Assembly (NCBI GenBank): GCA_963753975.1 | Contig: CAVWEH010000004.1 | Location: 128,001 to 192,000, forward strand | DNA: 64,000 bases | Direction of reading: 5' to 3' | Origin: an uncultured delta proteobacterium | GTDB taxonomy: Bacteria > Desulfobacterota > Syntrophia > Syntrophales > Smithellaceae | Shown: in pieces, positions 31,422 through 42,548 of the stretch | Layout: each line of letters starts with the position of its first letter | Position numbering within the stretch: the first letter of the stretch is position 1 | The notes under the pieces: model-generated | Database searches by the model: none | Told to the model about the DNA's origin: nothing | What the model saw: the letters and a program-made list of their open reading frames with translations, nothing else | Made by a program: the position numbers and the translations under genes

Positions 31422-31550
31422 AACATATCGGCGCATAAACCAAAGACAATATTAAACTTTTATGATACTTACTCAATAATTATTTTTCAATTGCATAAAA
31501 TGCGGCAATGGTCTAAAAATGATTCATTGCACAAATAAAATAAAAAAGAG

Positions 31551-32054
31551 GTGAAAGAAATGACTAATGTTTCTTTGACCGCACAAAGCGGCACAAAAGT
31601 CTATCGCAAGGCAATTAGCGCTTTTTCTCTCTTGGTTTTGCTCCCCTTGCTGGCAAGTCTCATCAATATAACTTTTGCCGAAAGCTGGAAAATCCATTTC
31701 TTTCCGGCAGCGATCATTTTGGCAGCAATCGTTTTCGGCGTTCCCGGCGGCATTATCGCGGGAATCTCCGGTTCTCTTTATTCCGCTCTGTTTTTGGGTA
31801 ATTCTTATATTATCGTGGGTAACGCTCTTTTTGGTCTGCTTGTTGCCGTTTTTTATAAGAAGAGCGGCAAAATCCTCCCCTCTGTTCTGCTCGCCTTTCT
31901 GTGCGAACTGCCGTGGCTGATTTTAACCGATTATTATCTTGTCCACCTGCCCCTAGTTTTTATTTCTCAACTGGTAGTTGTATTATTTTTGGCCAATATT
32001 CTCTGGGCGGTACTCATCAATATGGGCAGAAAGCAAATACAGAAGTTATTGTAG
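31551..32054 (+). CDS. ECF transporter S-component-like membrane protein
   Basis: Small hydrophobic protein, KIHFFP..I.LAA..FG..GG..AG pattern. Confidence 0.6.
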   Translation: MKEMTNVSLTAQSGTKVYRKAISAFSLLVLLPLLASLINITFAESWKIHFFPAAIILAAIVFGVPGGIIAGISGSLYSALFLGNSYIIVGNALFGLLVAVFYKKSGKILPSVLLAFLCELPWLILTDYYLVHLPLVFISQLVVVLFLANILWAVLINMGRKQIQKLL

Positions 32055-32324
32055 AATCGGGCGTTGTTTAACCATCGTTTCGCCATCCGCCGGAAGAAAG
32101 ACTGATATGGCAGAAAGGCAAAAAACCGACTGCGGCGCCTGGGAGAAAGCATGTTCGACTTCACCTAAATCAATTGTCGTCCGGTCAAATCCGATACACA
32201 AAAAAGTCACCAAATATGTCGCCGCGGCAAAAATGCTGGAACAAAAAGAAGAAGTAATCAAGGATTCCCTTTTTTAGACAGCCGCCAAAGCGATGTCCTA
32301 TTTCGGGATAGGAAAATAAGTGTT

Positions 32325-33248
32325 CTATTTTTTCAAATTTCTTATAAAATCCAAATAATACTCTGCCGTTTCTTTCGGTTTCTCAATTTGCGGTACGTGG
32401 CCGCAATCTTTAACAATAATTGTTTTGTGTTTTTTTAAACCTCTTTCAAAAACCGGCACACTGGAAATATCGAGGATTTTATCCTGATCGCCCCACAGAA
32501 TTAGAGCCGGCGCTTTTATTTTCGGCAGTTGTTTTTCGAGAGAAAGAAAGTCAGGACCAATTTCTTTCAGAGCTTTTTCATAAAAGGCACGATTATTTAT
32601 AGCTTCTTTTACAAACATCTTTCTTAGCGGATAAGGCAAACTGGGCGGGTGAACAAAAAGTATTTTTGACAACCGGGATAGGTCATTTTCATCTCTTAAT
32701 ATAAGAGGGTTTGCGCCCTTTTCCATCATCTTCTCGACATCACTTTTCTGTAATGATCGAACGCCTGCCGCGTCAAACAGGCCGACGCTGATAATTTCGT
32801 CGGGATAGCGCACTGCATAGATTCCCGAAAAAAATCCTCCCATGGAATTACCGGCAATATGAAATTTTTTGAGATTAACAACTTGGACAAATTTATGTAA
32901 ACGGGACATTTGGCTGGATAAATTGTAAGACGCATCCATTAGTTTGGAGCTCTCTCCGTAACCCGGAATATCCGGTATAACTACATGGTAATCTTTGGTC
33001 AAATAACCGGCAAATTGAAGCCAGTTGTCTTTTTCCCCGGTATAACCATGCAGAAGCAATATTGCCGGCCCTTTACCCCCTTCCAGGTAAACAATATTCT
33101 GGTCGTCTATTTTGACTTGCTTCTTGACGAGACCGGCCTTGCTTCTGGCCAGATCAAGCATGTACCCCGCTACTCGTTCGGGAAAAACGTAGTAACAGGC
33201 AACGGCAGCCATGATTATTATCAAGAAAGTAATTAGAATCTTTTTCAT
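32325..33248 (-). CDS. alpha/beta-fold hydrolase (lipase/esterase)
   Basis: LLHGY, PDIPGYG, GNSMGG nucleophile, WGDQD, CGH. Confidence 0.9.
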   Translation of the reverse strand: MKKILITFLIIIMAAVACYYVFPERVAGYMLDLARSKAGLVKKQVKIDDQNIVYLEGGKGPAILLLHGYTGEKDNWLQFAGYLTKDYHVVIPDIPGYGESSKLMDASYNLSSQMSRLHKFVQVVNLKKFHIAGNSMGGFFSGIYAVRYPDEIISVGLFDAAGVRSLQKSDVEKMMEKGANPLILRDENDLSRLSKILFVHPPSLPYPLRKMFVKEAINNRAFYEKALKEIGPDFLSLEKQLPKIKAPALILWGDQDKILDISSVPVFERGLKKHKTIIVKDCGHVPQIEKPKETAEYYLDFIRNLKK

Positions 33249-33310
33249 ATTGACACCCTCCCTATTATCCTTATATAAAGTTCAATCGCTTATTACGCAT
33301 AACACTGATT

Positions 33311-33971
33311 ATGGATATAATCATTAATTTTATAGATTTTTTTATTCATCTTGACCGGTATCTACCTCTGATCATTGATAGCTTCGGCATCTGGGCTTAT
33401 GTTATCATATTTCTTGTTATTTTTTGCGAAACCGGCCTTGTAGTTACGCCCATTTTACCCGGCGATTCACTCTTGTTTGCTCTCGGAACTTTTGCCGCGC
33501 TCGGATCTTTGAATATTGAAGTTACTGTTGATTTTACTTTGCATCGCCGCCATTGCCGGAGATACCGTCAACTACACTATCGGCCATTTTATCGGACCGA
33601 AGGTTTTTCATTATGAAGACAGCCGTTTTTTCAAAAAAGAATATCTTCAGAAAACGCACGAATTTTATGAGAAGCATGGCGGAAAAACAATCATCATCGC
33701 CCAATTCATGCCCATTATCCGCACTTTTGCTCCTTTCGTGGCCGGTGTTGGTGCCATGAATTATTTTAAATTTATTTTGTTTAATATCACTGGTTGCATC
33801 TCGTGGGTTTGCTTATTCCTGCTGGGAGGTTATTTTTTCGGTAACATCCCGGCCGTAAAAAGCAATTTTACAGTAATAATTATCGCGATTGTTACTGTTT
33901 CCGTAACGCCGGGATTCATTGAATACTGGAGACAAAAACGTTATAATTCTCATAAGAAAGTTGGCACCTAA
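33311..33971 (+). CDS. dedA: DedA family membrane protein, +1 frameshift near 33521
   Basis: FCETGLVVTPILPGDSLLF then AAIAGDTVNY..G, HGGKTII.A.F.PIIRTFAPFVAG in the next frame. Confidence 0.88.
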
Positions 33972-33973
33972 TA

Positions 33974-34837
33974 ATGAAAAAAAATGTGAGCACAAAATTT
34001 ATTTATTTTACCATTTTTCTGACGACAATCTTTCTATCGACGTCTTCCGCAGAGGCAAATAACATAATAAAGATAGGCGGCGATGTGACCATAGAAGCGC
34101 AGCAAAAAGCAAACAATGTAGTTGTGGTCGGTGGCCAGATAACCGTTAACAGTCTTGTAGAAGGAAATGTGATCGCCGCTGTTGGATCGATTGTGCTTAC
34201 CAGCAAAGCTGTGGTGCGCGGCAATGTTATTTGCATTGGCGGAGTTGTTGCCCAAGGCAATGGATCGCAAGTTTACGGTGATATTACTGAAATAAATTCT
34301 TCCAATATATCCAGCGCCATTGCCGCCGTTCTGAGCGGAGACTGGGAAGGATGGCCTTTAATTATTAATTTTATTTATTTGTGTTTTTTGGCCCTTATGT
34401 TCATCATCGCCCTGCTCATGGCGATTTTAATACCACGTCCACTGATCGCCATCGCCAACATGATCCAAAACAATAAAACAAAATCTTTTTTTTGGGGATT
34501 TTTCGCGACCCTGATGATTCCTCCTTTTTTCTTTTTGCTGATAATTTCAATCATAGGCATTACTTTAATACCGTTGATATTTGCCGCTTTATTGCTGGCA
34601 TTCGTGTTAGGGTTTATTGGTGTAAGTGCGCTCATCGGCAATTTCATCCTAACAAAAATATTTCGAAAACATCAGAGATCTCTGGTGCTGGAAACCATTT
34701 TAGGATTAATTCTACTTTGGTCAATAGGTTGGCTGCCTTATATCGGCTGGATGGTAAAAATGATCGCTATCATGTTTGGTCTGGGTGGTGTTTTGCTCAT
34801 TCTCTTTAACCGCAAACATGAAAGTGCAACCCTATAG
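33974..34837 (+). CDS. membrane protein with N-terminal bactofilin-like (GG.V/V.GNV) repeats
   Basis: Signal peptide, repeated IGGDV/VGGQI/VEGNV/VRGNV, four or five TM helices. Confidence 0.65.
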   Translation: MKKNVSTKFIYFTIFLTTIFLSTSSAEANNIIKIGGDVTIEAQQKANNVVVVGGQITVNSLVEGNVIAAVGSIVLTSKAVVRGNVICIGGVVAQGNGSQVYGDITEINSSNISSAIAAVLSGDWEGWPLIINFIYLCFLALMFIIALLMAILIPRPLIAIANMIQNNKTKSFFWGFFATLMIPPFFFLLIISIIGITLIPLIFAALLLAFVLGFIGVSALIGNFILTKIFRKHQRSLVLETILGLILLWSIGWLPYIGWMVKMIAIMFGLGGVLLILFNRKHESATL

Positions 34838-35078
34838 AAATTCCTGAAGCTCCTGTTAAATCCGCTGCTTTGCCTACTTATCGGCCGCGCTCATTTAAGG
34901 TCTAAAAAATTGTCGTTTAATTTTCTTGACACATTAACTCCTTTTTCCTAATTAAAAGGAATATTAAACAAGTTCTTGTCCAAAACAGCCTCCTGCAGAT
35001 TTCTTTGTTATTGTTCTATAAAGTAAGACAAGAATTATAAAAAAATATAGCAAACCTCAAAAAAGCGAGATAGTACAA

Positions 35079-36521
35079 ATGACTATCAAAGCTGATCAAA
35101 AGCCAATAGAAATGGATGCCGATTTTCCGAAACCGCTTTATCAAAGGTACGTACAGGCAGCCTTTGTAAGGTCACTGGCCAGTTTTCTCATGTGGTTGTC
35201 TGCTTTGATAGTGTATTTTTTCGGCATTATTCATACCGATAATTTGGTTAGCGCCAGTATTGCCGTTTTATACCTCATCCTGGTAAACCCCCCTACTCTT
35301 TGGGTTCTGAAAAGAATTAAAAATGAAAATTTTGCCGAATATTTTGCTTATTTCATCAGCTTACTGGAAACCATCGGATTTACCGCCATTATCCATTCTT
35401 TCGGCGGCATCGAAGGCGCTTTCCTGATACCCATCTACGCAGCCGCTATAGCCTATGTAGGTCCTATGGAACCTCGTAAAACGCCTTTCATTATCGCCGG
35501 TTTTAGCAGCATTTGTTTCTGTCTTTTGATTATTTTAGAGCACTTAGGTATTGTTCAGACTTTGAAAATTAATCCTGATTATTATATGCCCTGGCGATAT
35601 CAGGTGGCAATAATGTTTGTCGAAGTACCTTTATTGTTTATTGTGGCGTTCATATCTTCCTATACGGCCCAACTTCTTAAGAATAACAGAGAGAAACTGC
35701 AACGGCAAAATGAAGAGCTTCGAGTGGCCTTAATTAAAGCGAGCGAATCCGACCGGCTTAAATCGGAATTCTTAGCCAATATATCCCATGAACTGAGAAC
35801 ACCGCTTCATGCCATTATCGGATTTTCGGATCTGCTCAACAACCATCACTTTGGTGAATTGAACGAAAAACAGAAGGATTCGGTAAAAGATATAAACACC
35901 AGCGGAAAGCACCTGCTTTCCATCATTAACGATCTACTTGATCTCAGCAAAATGGAAGCGGGCAAAATGGACTTGGATATATCGGAAATCAACTTGAAAA
36001 TGCTTTTAGAAAACAGTTTGAACATTTTCGGAAAGCTGGCTCACGGGCGTGGAAATCAATTATTGCCGGATATCGATGATTGTCCTGAAACGATGCAGGC
36101 TGATGAACGAATGGTCAGACAAATCATTTACAATCTCCTTTCCAACGCAATTAAATTCACTCCGGAGGGAGGATCAATCAAGTTGTCGGCGCACCATCTG
36201 ACCCGCGCAAACAACCACTGGTTAACAAAAAAGGGGGAAATAGTATTTTTACCAGTCATTAATGGATATGAAATGACGAAGCATAAACAATTGGTTAAAG
36301 TTTCCGTATCAGATAACGGCATCGGTCTGAAGAAGGAAGATATGAAACTGATATTCAAACCTTTTGTACAAGTTGACGGATCTAAAAGTCGCCGGTATCA
36401 GGGTACGGGGCTGGGCCTGTCCTTAACCAAGCAGTTTGTGGAACTCCACAAGGGAAGTATCTGGGTACAGAGCGAGGGGGAAGACAAGGGATGCACTTTT
36501 CACTTTGTGATTCCAGTCTAG
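35079..36521 (+). CDS. membrane sensor histidine kinase
   Basis: FLANISHELRTPL, NLLSNAIKFT, DNGIG, GTGLGL. Confidence 0.92.
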   Translation: MTIKADQKPIEMDADFPKPLYQRYVQAAFVRSLASFLMWLSALIVYFFGIIHTDNLVSASIAVLYLILVNPPTLWVLKRIKNENFAEYFAYFISLLETIGFTAIIHSFGGIEGAFLIPIYAAAIAYVGPMEPRKTPFIIAGFSSICFCLLIILEHLGIVQTLKINPDYYMPWRYQVAIMFVEVPLLFIVAFISSYTAQLLKNNREKLQRQNEELRVALIKASESDRLKSEFLANISHELRTPLHAIIGFSDLLNNHHFGELNEKQKDSVKDINTSGKHLLSIINDLLDLSKMEAGKMDLDISEINLKMLLENSLNIFGKLAHGRGNQLLPDIDDCPETMQADERMVRQIIYNLLSNAIKFTPEGGSIKLSAHHLTRANNHWLTKKGEIVFLPVINGYEMTKHKQLVKVSVSDNGIGLKKEDMKLIFKPFVQVDGSKSRRYQGTGLGLSLTKQFVELHKGSIWVQSEGEDKGCTFHFVIPV

Positions 36522-36594
36522 ATTCGGAAATATAATCCCTGTAATTTCCCGTCATTCAGCTATGGACAAAAAAATCTCAAGAAAGGGGCTTATC

Positions 36595-36981
36595 ATGGAA
36601 GATAAAACTATTTTAGTAGTCGAAGATAATGAAATCAATATGAAGCTTATCAGGGCATTCCTCCAGATAGGCAAGTATCATATATTGGAGGCCAGGGATG
36701 CCGAAACCGGCATTCGCCTGGTAAGAGAACAACGTCCCGATCTCATTTTGATGGATATACAGTTGCCGGGCATAGATGGATTGAGCGCGGCCCATCTCAT
36801 TAAGGCTGATCCGGATTTAAAGAAAATTCCTATTATTGCCGTAACGGGCAATGCCACACAGATGGACAAAGAAGAAGCTCTGAATATCGGGTTTGCCGGC
36901 TATCTCCTGAAACCGTTCTCCATTGAAGTTTTTTTAGAAACAATTTCCGATTTCTTCAAAAGTCAACAGACTGAAAAATAA
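36595..36981 (+). CDS. single-domain response regulator (DivK/CheY-like)
   Basis: LVVEDN, LMDIQLPGIDG, KP. Confidence 0.9.
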   Translation: MEDKTILVVEDNEINMKLIRAFLQIGKYHILEARDAETGIRLVREQRPDLILMDIQLPGIDGLSAAHLIKADPDLKKIPIIAVTGNATQMDKEEALNIGFAGYLLKPFSIEVFLETISDFFKSQQTEK

Positions 36982-37115
36982 TGCCGCAGGCAGTCAAAAA
37001 ATTCTCAAAGATTAATCAACCCCGCCGTCGCATGTATATAAAACAGCCGTTCTCTAAGAAATTCTCACTAAGCTATGCAGCCTTCCTTATTACACATATT
37101 TTTAACGCTATTGCT

Positions 37116-38303
37116 TTATGATAAAGCAATTATAACCTGGTTGCGGCCTTTTCTTTTCGCTTCATACATGGCATCATCCGCCCGCTTTAGCAAAGTCTCC
37201 AGCTGATTTTCATCAGGTAATAATTCCGCGACACCGATACTGACTGTAATATGAAGTATTTTATTATCTGCTTCAATATTAGTCTTTGCTATGGCTGAAA
37301 GCAGGCGTTCAGCGATTATTCCACCCCCGACAATATCTGTTTCCGGCAGGAGAATAGCAAACTCTTCTCCTCCCAGACGGCCGAAAATATCAATATTGCG
37401 CAAAAGATCTTTACAAGTCACAGCAAGTTCCATCAATGCCTTATCGCCTATTGCATGACCATAGGTATCATTAATCTTTTTGAAATGATCAAGGTCGACC
37501 ATGAGCACCGCAAGAGGGCGATTATATCTGTGCGCTCGCTGAATTTCGCTTTCGCCGGCTTCAAAGAAGAATCTGTTATTGGCAATGCCGGTGAGGAAAT
37601 CGATCTTAGCCATTCGTTCTAACTCTATCTGGGCACTTTTTAAATCAGACTCCAGGCGCTCGCTGTTCAATATAACAAAACCGAAAGTCCAGGCGATGCC
37701 GAGAAAAATAGCCAGCAGGAATGTGATCGATTGAAGCATATTGGGTGCGAACAAATCTTGTGGAGCGGGAAAAAGTTCAGTGAGGAGACCACGGGCAAAC
37801 ATGAAAATGCTGTACACGGCAAATAGACCTCCGGTAAACCAGTTACCGAACCGTAAATCCAACGGCACATTGCGGAGCAATTCCAACGCCACCAGAGAAT
37901 AAATAACCGCCAGAAGAAATGACATGATAGCAATACGTATACTAACATCATTAATCATGAAGGTAAAATATGATTGAAAGACAGCATAAACAAGTATAAC
38001 AGAAGCATTTAAAATTTCCCGAGAGGCTCTTCCGCGAAAGAGCCTTGTGCCTTCGAGAAAACATATTGCGGCGGTTAGAAGCAAGACATTAGCCAGAACG
38101 ATGGTGAAGATATCCGGGAGCTGATCACGCAGCGAAATGAAAAAAAATCCCACGGCAAATGTTGTGCTGCCTGCCGTCCACAATCCAAAACCGGGATAAG
38201 TCTTGCGAGTGAGATAAATCAGGATCATGGTTATGCTGAGAACGATCGTAACCGCCATCAACATTATGGTGAGGGTCAATGTATCTAAAGAAAATGATGG
38301 CAT
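37116..38303 (-). CDS. membrane-bound diguanylate cyclase
   Basis: About 7 TM helices then DFLTGIANNR, GRLGGEEF, ADDAMYEAK. Confidence 0.9.
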   Translation of the reverse strand: MPSFSLDTLTLTIMLMAVTIVLSITMILIYLTRKTYPGFGLWTAGSTTFAVGFFFISLRDQLPDIFTIVLANVLLLTAAICFLEGTRLFRGRASREILNASVILVYAVFQSYFTFMINDVSIRIAIMSFLLAVIYSLVALELLRNVPLDLRFGNWFTGGLFAVYSIFMFARGLLTELFPAPQDLFAPNMLQSITFLLAIFLGIAWTFGFVILNSERLESDLKSAQIELERMAKIDFLTGIANNRFFFEAGESEIQRAHRYNRPLAVLMVDLDHFKKINDTYGHAIGDKALMELAVTCKDLLRNIDIFGRLGGEEFAILLPETDIVGGGIIAERLLSAIAKTNIEADNKILHITVSIGVAELLPDENQLETLLKRADDAMYEAKRKGRNQVIIALS

Positions 38304-38419
38304 ATAAACTTCTCCTTAAAAAAATTCCGCTTCCTCTCACTGCAACAAACATGTCGGCAGGATTTATGTACCGATAATATCCAGGTTACCGATTTTTTCT
38401 ATTATAAATAATTATCAGT

Positions 38420-39196
38420 TTAAATCCACGTGGAAGAAAGCACCTCACCGCGCGTACCGACAATAACGGCTTTTAGCGGAACTTTTCGTTTCGCCGACGA
38501 GAGTGCGCTTTGAGCAATTTGCAGAAGGCCGCGGCAGCAGGGAACTTCCATCATCATCACGGTCAGCGTATTTATTTTGGCTTCATCGGCCATTCTACGT
38601 ATTTTTTCTACATAGATATCCTGCCCTTCATCAAGTTTCGGGCAAGCAATCGCCAGGCTCTTGTCTTTCAGAAATTTTTCATGAAAATCAGGAAGAGAAT
38701 AAGCGACACAATCGGCGGCAAGCACAACATCTTTGCCGCGAAAAAACTCAGCGGCCGGATTAACCAGATGGAGCTGAATCGGCCAGTGAGTAAGTTCGGA
38801 TTGTCGAATATTTTCCCCAACGGGGCTTGCCGGGCTTTGAGCTTTTCTCTCGAATGTTGCGTGCGCCGATCCCGGACAACCCTGCGGCACCTGACCTATT
38901 ATATTCAGATTATGCGGAGCCGATCTGCCGCCATGAATATTTTCTGCCGTCTTCCCCTTGCGGGCAATATTTTCCTTTACGGCCTTTTCATCGAACAGGC
39001 TCGCTTCCCGCTCTTCAATGGAAAGAGCCCCTTCCGGACATTCACCAAGACAGGCGCCCAGTCCGTCGCAAAAAACATCGCTGACGAGTTTTGCTTTACC
39101 GTCAATAATCTTTATTGCCTCTTCCTGACAATTCGGCACGCATAAGCCGCAGCCAGTGCATTTTTCCTCATCAATCTTGATTATCTTTCGCTTCAT
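38420..39196 (-). CDS. 4Fe-4S ferredoxin-domain protein
   Basis: CTGCGLCVPNC, CDGLGACLGECP, WPIQL, AADC, ACPKLD, MEVPCC. Confidence 0.88.
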   Translation of the reverse strand: MKRKIIKIDEEKCTGCGLCVPNCQEEAIKIIDGKAKLVSDVFCDGLGACLGECPEGALSIEEREASLFDEKAVKENIARKGKTAENIHGGRSAPHNLNIIGQVPQGCPGSAHATFERKAQSPASPVGENIRQSELTHWPIQLHLVNPAAEFFRGKDVVLAADCVAYSLPDFHEKFLKDKSLAIACPKLDEGQDIYVEKIRRMADEAKINTLTVMMMEVPCCRGLLQIAQSALSSAKRKVPLKAVIVGTRGEVLSSTWI

Positions 39197-39240
39197 AAAA
39201 TCGCTCTCCCGTTTTCAAACCTGCACTTTAGGGAATCAAG

Positions 39241-39358
39241 CAAGCTGTAGTCATCAGGATACCGCGACGGCAAGGAGGAGGCTCCGCAGGCGTATTTAAA
39301 AATACGTTGAGGAAGCCGACGACGCTGCCAACAAATGTAGCCGTATGAATACAGTTTG
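39241..39358. repeat. structured intergenic repeat, family A copy 1
   Basis: Imperfect terminal IR CAAGCTGTAGTCAT/ATGAATACAGTTTG; core shared with 47234-47336. Confidence 0.75.
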
Positions 39359-39361
39359 CGT

Positions 39362-40333
<972 letters not shown>

Positions 40334-40438
40334 TTACTACAATAAAACTCAATTTTAGACAATCGTCAAACATTTTTTTCCCTGTTGCAAAAGTGAACAC
40401 TCTAGAGTAAAAAATGAAACAATAATCGGAGAAAGAAA

Positions 40439-41788
40439 ATGAAAAAACTCTTCGGCACCGACGGCATTCGTGGAATCGCCAATGAATATCCGATGACGGC
40501 GGAGATCGCCTTAAACATCGGCCGGGCGTTGGCTTATCTATCCAAAAGAGAAGGCCATTCACCGCGGATTATCATCGGCAAAGACACCCGCCTCTCCGGA
40601 GATATGTTTGAAGAAGCGATTATTGCCGGTATTTGTTCGATGGGTGTCGATGCTATTTCCGCAGGCATCATCCCCACACCGGGAATAGCTTTTTTGACCA
40701 AGAGCATGCGGGCGGACGCGGGCATTATGATTTCCGCCTCGCACAATCCCATGCAGGATAACGGCATAAAATTTTTCAACAGTGATGGTTTCAAACTCGC
40801 TGATGAAAAGGAAAATCAAATCGAAGAATTAGTCTTTGCAAATACTATGCACAAACTCCACCCCGCTCCCAAGGAGCTGGGTAAATTATCCAGGATGGAT
40901 GACGCCACAGGGCGCTATGTGGACTTTGTTAAGCAGACCTTCCCACAGGAACTGAATCCGGAAGGAATGAAAATCCTTCTGGATTGCGCAAATGGCGCAA
41001 CCTATCGTGTTGCTCCTGCCGTTTTTGCGGAGCTGGGCATTGAGGTGATAACGCTATTCGATCAACCCGATGGCAAAAATATCAATCTTAATTGCGGCTC
41101 ACAACATACCGAAGCACTGGCCCGCGAAGTGTTGCGGCAAAAAGCCGATGCAGGCTTTGCCTTTGACGGAGATGGTGACCGGGTGATTGCCGTGGACGAC
41201 AAAGGCAATGTTCTTGCCGGTGATAGAATTCTGGCCATCTGCTCTGCCATTCTGAAAAGAGAACGCAGCCTGAAAAACAATTTAGTTGTCCGCACGGTCA
41301 TGAGTAATCTGGGGCTATCCGTCGCCTTTAAAGAACTGGGTATTGATTCCGTATTTACTCAGGTTGGTGACCGCTTTGTTCTGGAAGAAATGCTGGCAAA
41401 GGGCGCCGTCATCGGCGGTGAAGATTCCGGCCATTTAATTTTTTTACAGCATCACACGACCGGCGACGGCTTGATTACCGCCTTACAACTATTGGCCGCC
41501 ATGAAAAAAGGAGGCAAATCGCTCTCCAAGCTCGCCTCCATCATGACAGTATTTCCGCAATTGCTCATCAATGTTGACGTAAAAAAGAAACCCAAAATTG
41601 AGTCCGTGCCTGAAATCATGGTCGCCATCAAACAAGTTGAAGATAAACTGGGCGAGAAGGGCCGCGTACTCGTGCGCTACTCCGGCACTCAGAACATGTG
41701 CCGGGTCATGGTCGAAGGCCCGACTAAAGAAGAAACCGAAACCTACTGCCGCCAAATCGCGGATGTTGTAGGAAAGATGCTGGCCTAA
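40439..41788 (+). CDS. glmM: phosphoglucosamine mutase
   Basis: FGTDGIRG, ISASHNP, FDGDGDR, GGEDSGH, VRYSGT. Confidence 0.93.
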   Translation: MKKLFGTDGIRGIANEYPMTAEIALNIGRALAYLSKREGHSPRIIIGKDTRLSGDMFEEAIIAGICSMGVDAISAGIIPTPGIAFLTKSMRADAGIMISASHNPMQDNGIKFFNSDGFKLADEKENQIEELVFANTMHKLHPAPKELGKLSRMDDATGRYVDFVKQTFPQELNPEGMKILLDCANGATYRVAPAVFAELGIEVITLFDQPDGKNINLNCGSQHTEALAREVLRQKADAGFAFDGDGDRVIAVDDKGNVLAGDRILAICSAILKRERSLKNNLVVRTVMSNLGLSVAFKELGIDSVFTQVGDRFVLEEMLAKGAVIGGEDSGHLIFLQHHTTGDGLITALQLLAAMKKGGKSLSKLASIMTVFPQLLINVDVKKKPKIESVPEIMVAIKQVEDKLGEKGRVLVRYSGTQNMCRVMVEGPTKEETETYCRQIADVVGKMLA

Positions 41789-41825
41789 ATGGGAACAGGT
41801 GAGTTCATAAGCGCCTTGCAGGCCT

Positions 41826-42004
41826 GTGCCCAAAAATCCTTTTCGCTGCCGGAAAGCGTTTTGGATAAATCTAAGACTTGCTTCAGGCGATTACAAAACT
41901 CGCCTGCGGCTCAAACACTTGTAACCACCTATCTTACGCTTCGCCAAGCTTTATTAGCCAAAACGCTTTCAATGACCGCGCAAATGGATATTTTTTGGGC
42001 AACA
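41826..42004. repeat. long imperfect palindromic element, family B copy 1
   Basis: TGCCCAAAAATCC...GGATATTTTTTGGGCA and GAAAGCGTTTTGG...CCAAAACGCTTTC arms around loop AAACTCGCCTGCGGCTCAAACACT. Confidence 0.7.
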
Positions 42005-42087
42005 CCAGTTAACAATTGTAATTATAAGGAAGATACGGAACCGTCTTATATAGAAAGTACAACAATGATGGAAAAAACAGATGGGAG

Positions 42088-42279
42088 TTGAAGTTTGAAG
42101 AGTATCGAGAATATCTTCCGCAAGAGGCAATCCGACTCGTGAGTTATATTCGATTATACCGACGACTCCATGAGCTTAGGAGTGAAAGACTCAGTGAAAT
42201 GAATATGGCTCCAGCCTTTTTTCAGGTTGTCATAGATGCATTATTCTCGGTGATAATGATGGCAGCCAGCACGTATTAG
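42088..42279 (+). pseudogene. short gene fragment, possibly N-terminus of a HEPN/AbiU2-like protein
   Basis: 63-aa helical ORF with EMNMAPAFFQVVIDALF; family assignment is from recall only. Confidence 0.3.
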
Positions 42280-42366
42280 AGTCATTAAATGTCACTGACA
42301 TTGGACGTTTATTGAACCGCCTGCATAACGCTAAGAAAACGTGACAAATAACCTGGTTGAACTGGG

Positions 42367-42532
42367 GCATACAATAAGCGACTATGCCCGAAACGTCATG
42401 GCTCTAGGCGAAATGAAGCATCAGACAGCCGGAGTGTTTAAGCCCGGCAGGGTGAGTTTCCGGCTGTCGCGTAATAAGCCGTAGAGCCACAGTTGAGGGG
42501 ATTCGGAGCGTTTGGATGCCCCTTCAACTGTC
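42367..42532. repeat. multi-hairpin element, family B copy 2 (inverted)
   Basis: GGGCATA/TATGCCC, TGGCTCTA/TAGAGCCA, GACAGCCGG/CCGGCTGTC around minus-strand loop AAACTCACCCTGCCGGGCTTAAACACT, ACAGTTGAGGGG/CCCCTTCAACTGT. Confidence 0.65.
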
Positions 42533-42548
42533 TTTCATCCATACTCAA

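Noticed and set aside
31978..32277. Short overlapping ORFs between the ECF-like gene and the hydrolase
   Set aside because: No recognisable motifs or RBS in any frame; cannot support a gene call
41789..42091. 100-aa ORF after glmM
   Set aside because: Runs through the palindromic repeat, has no recognisable motif, and is probably spurious
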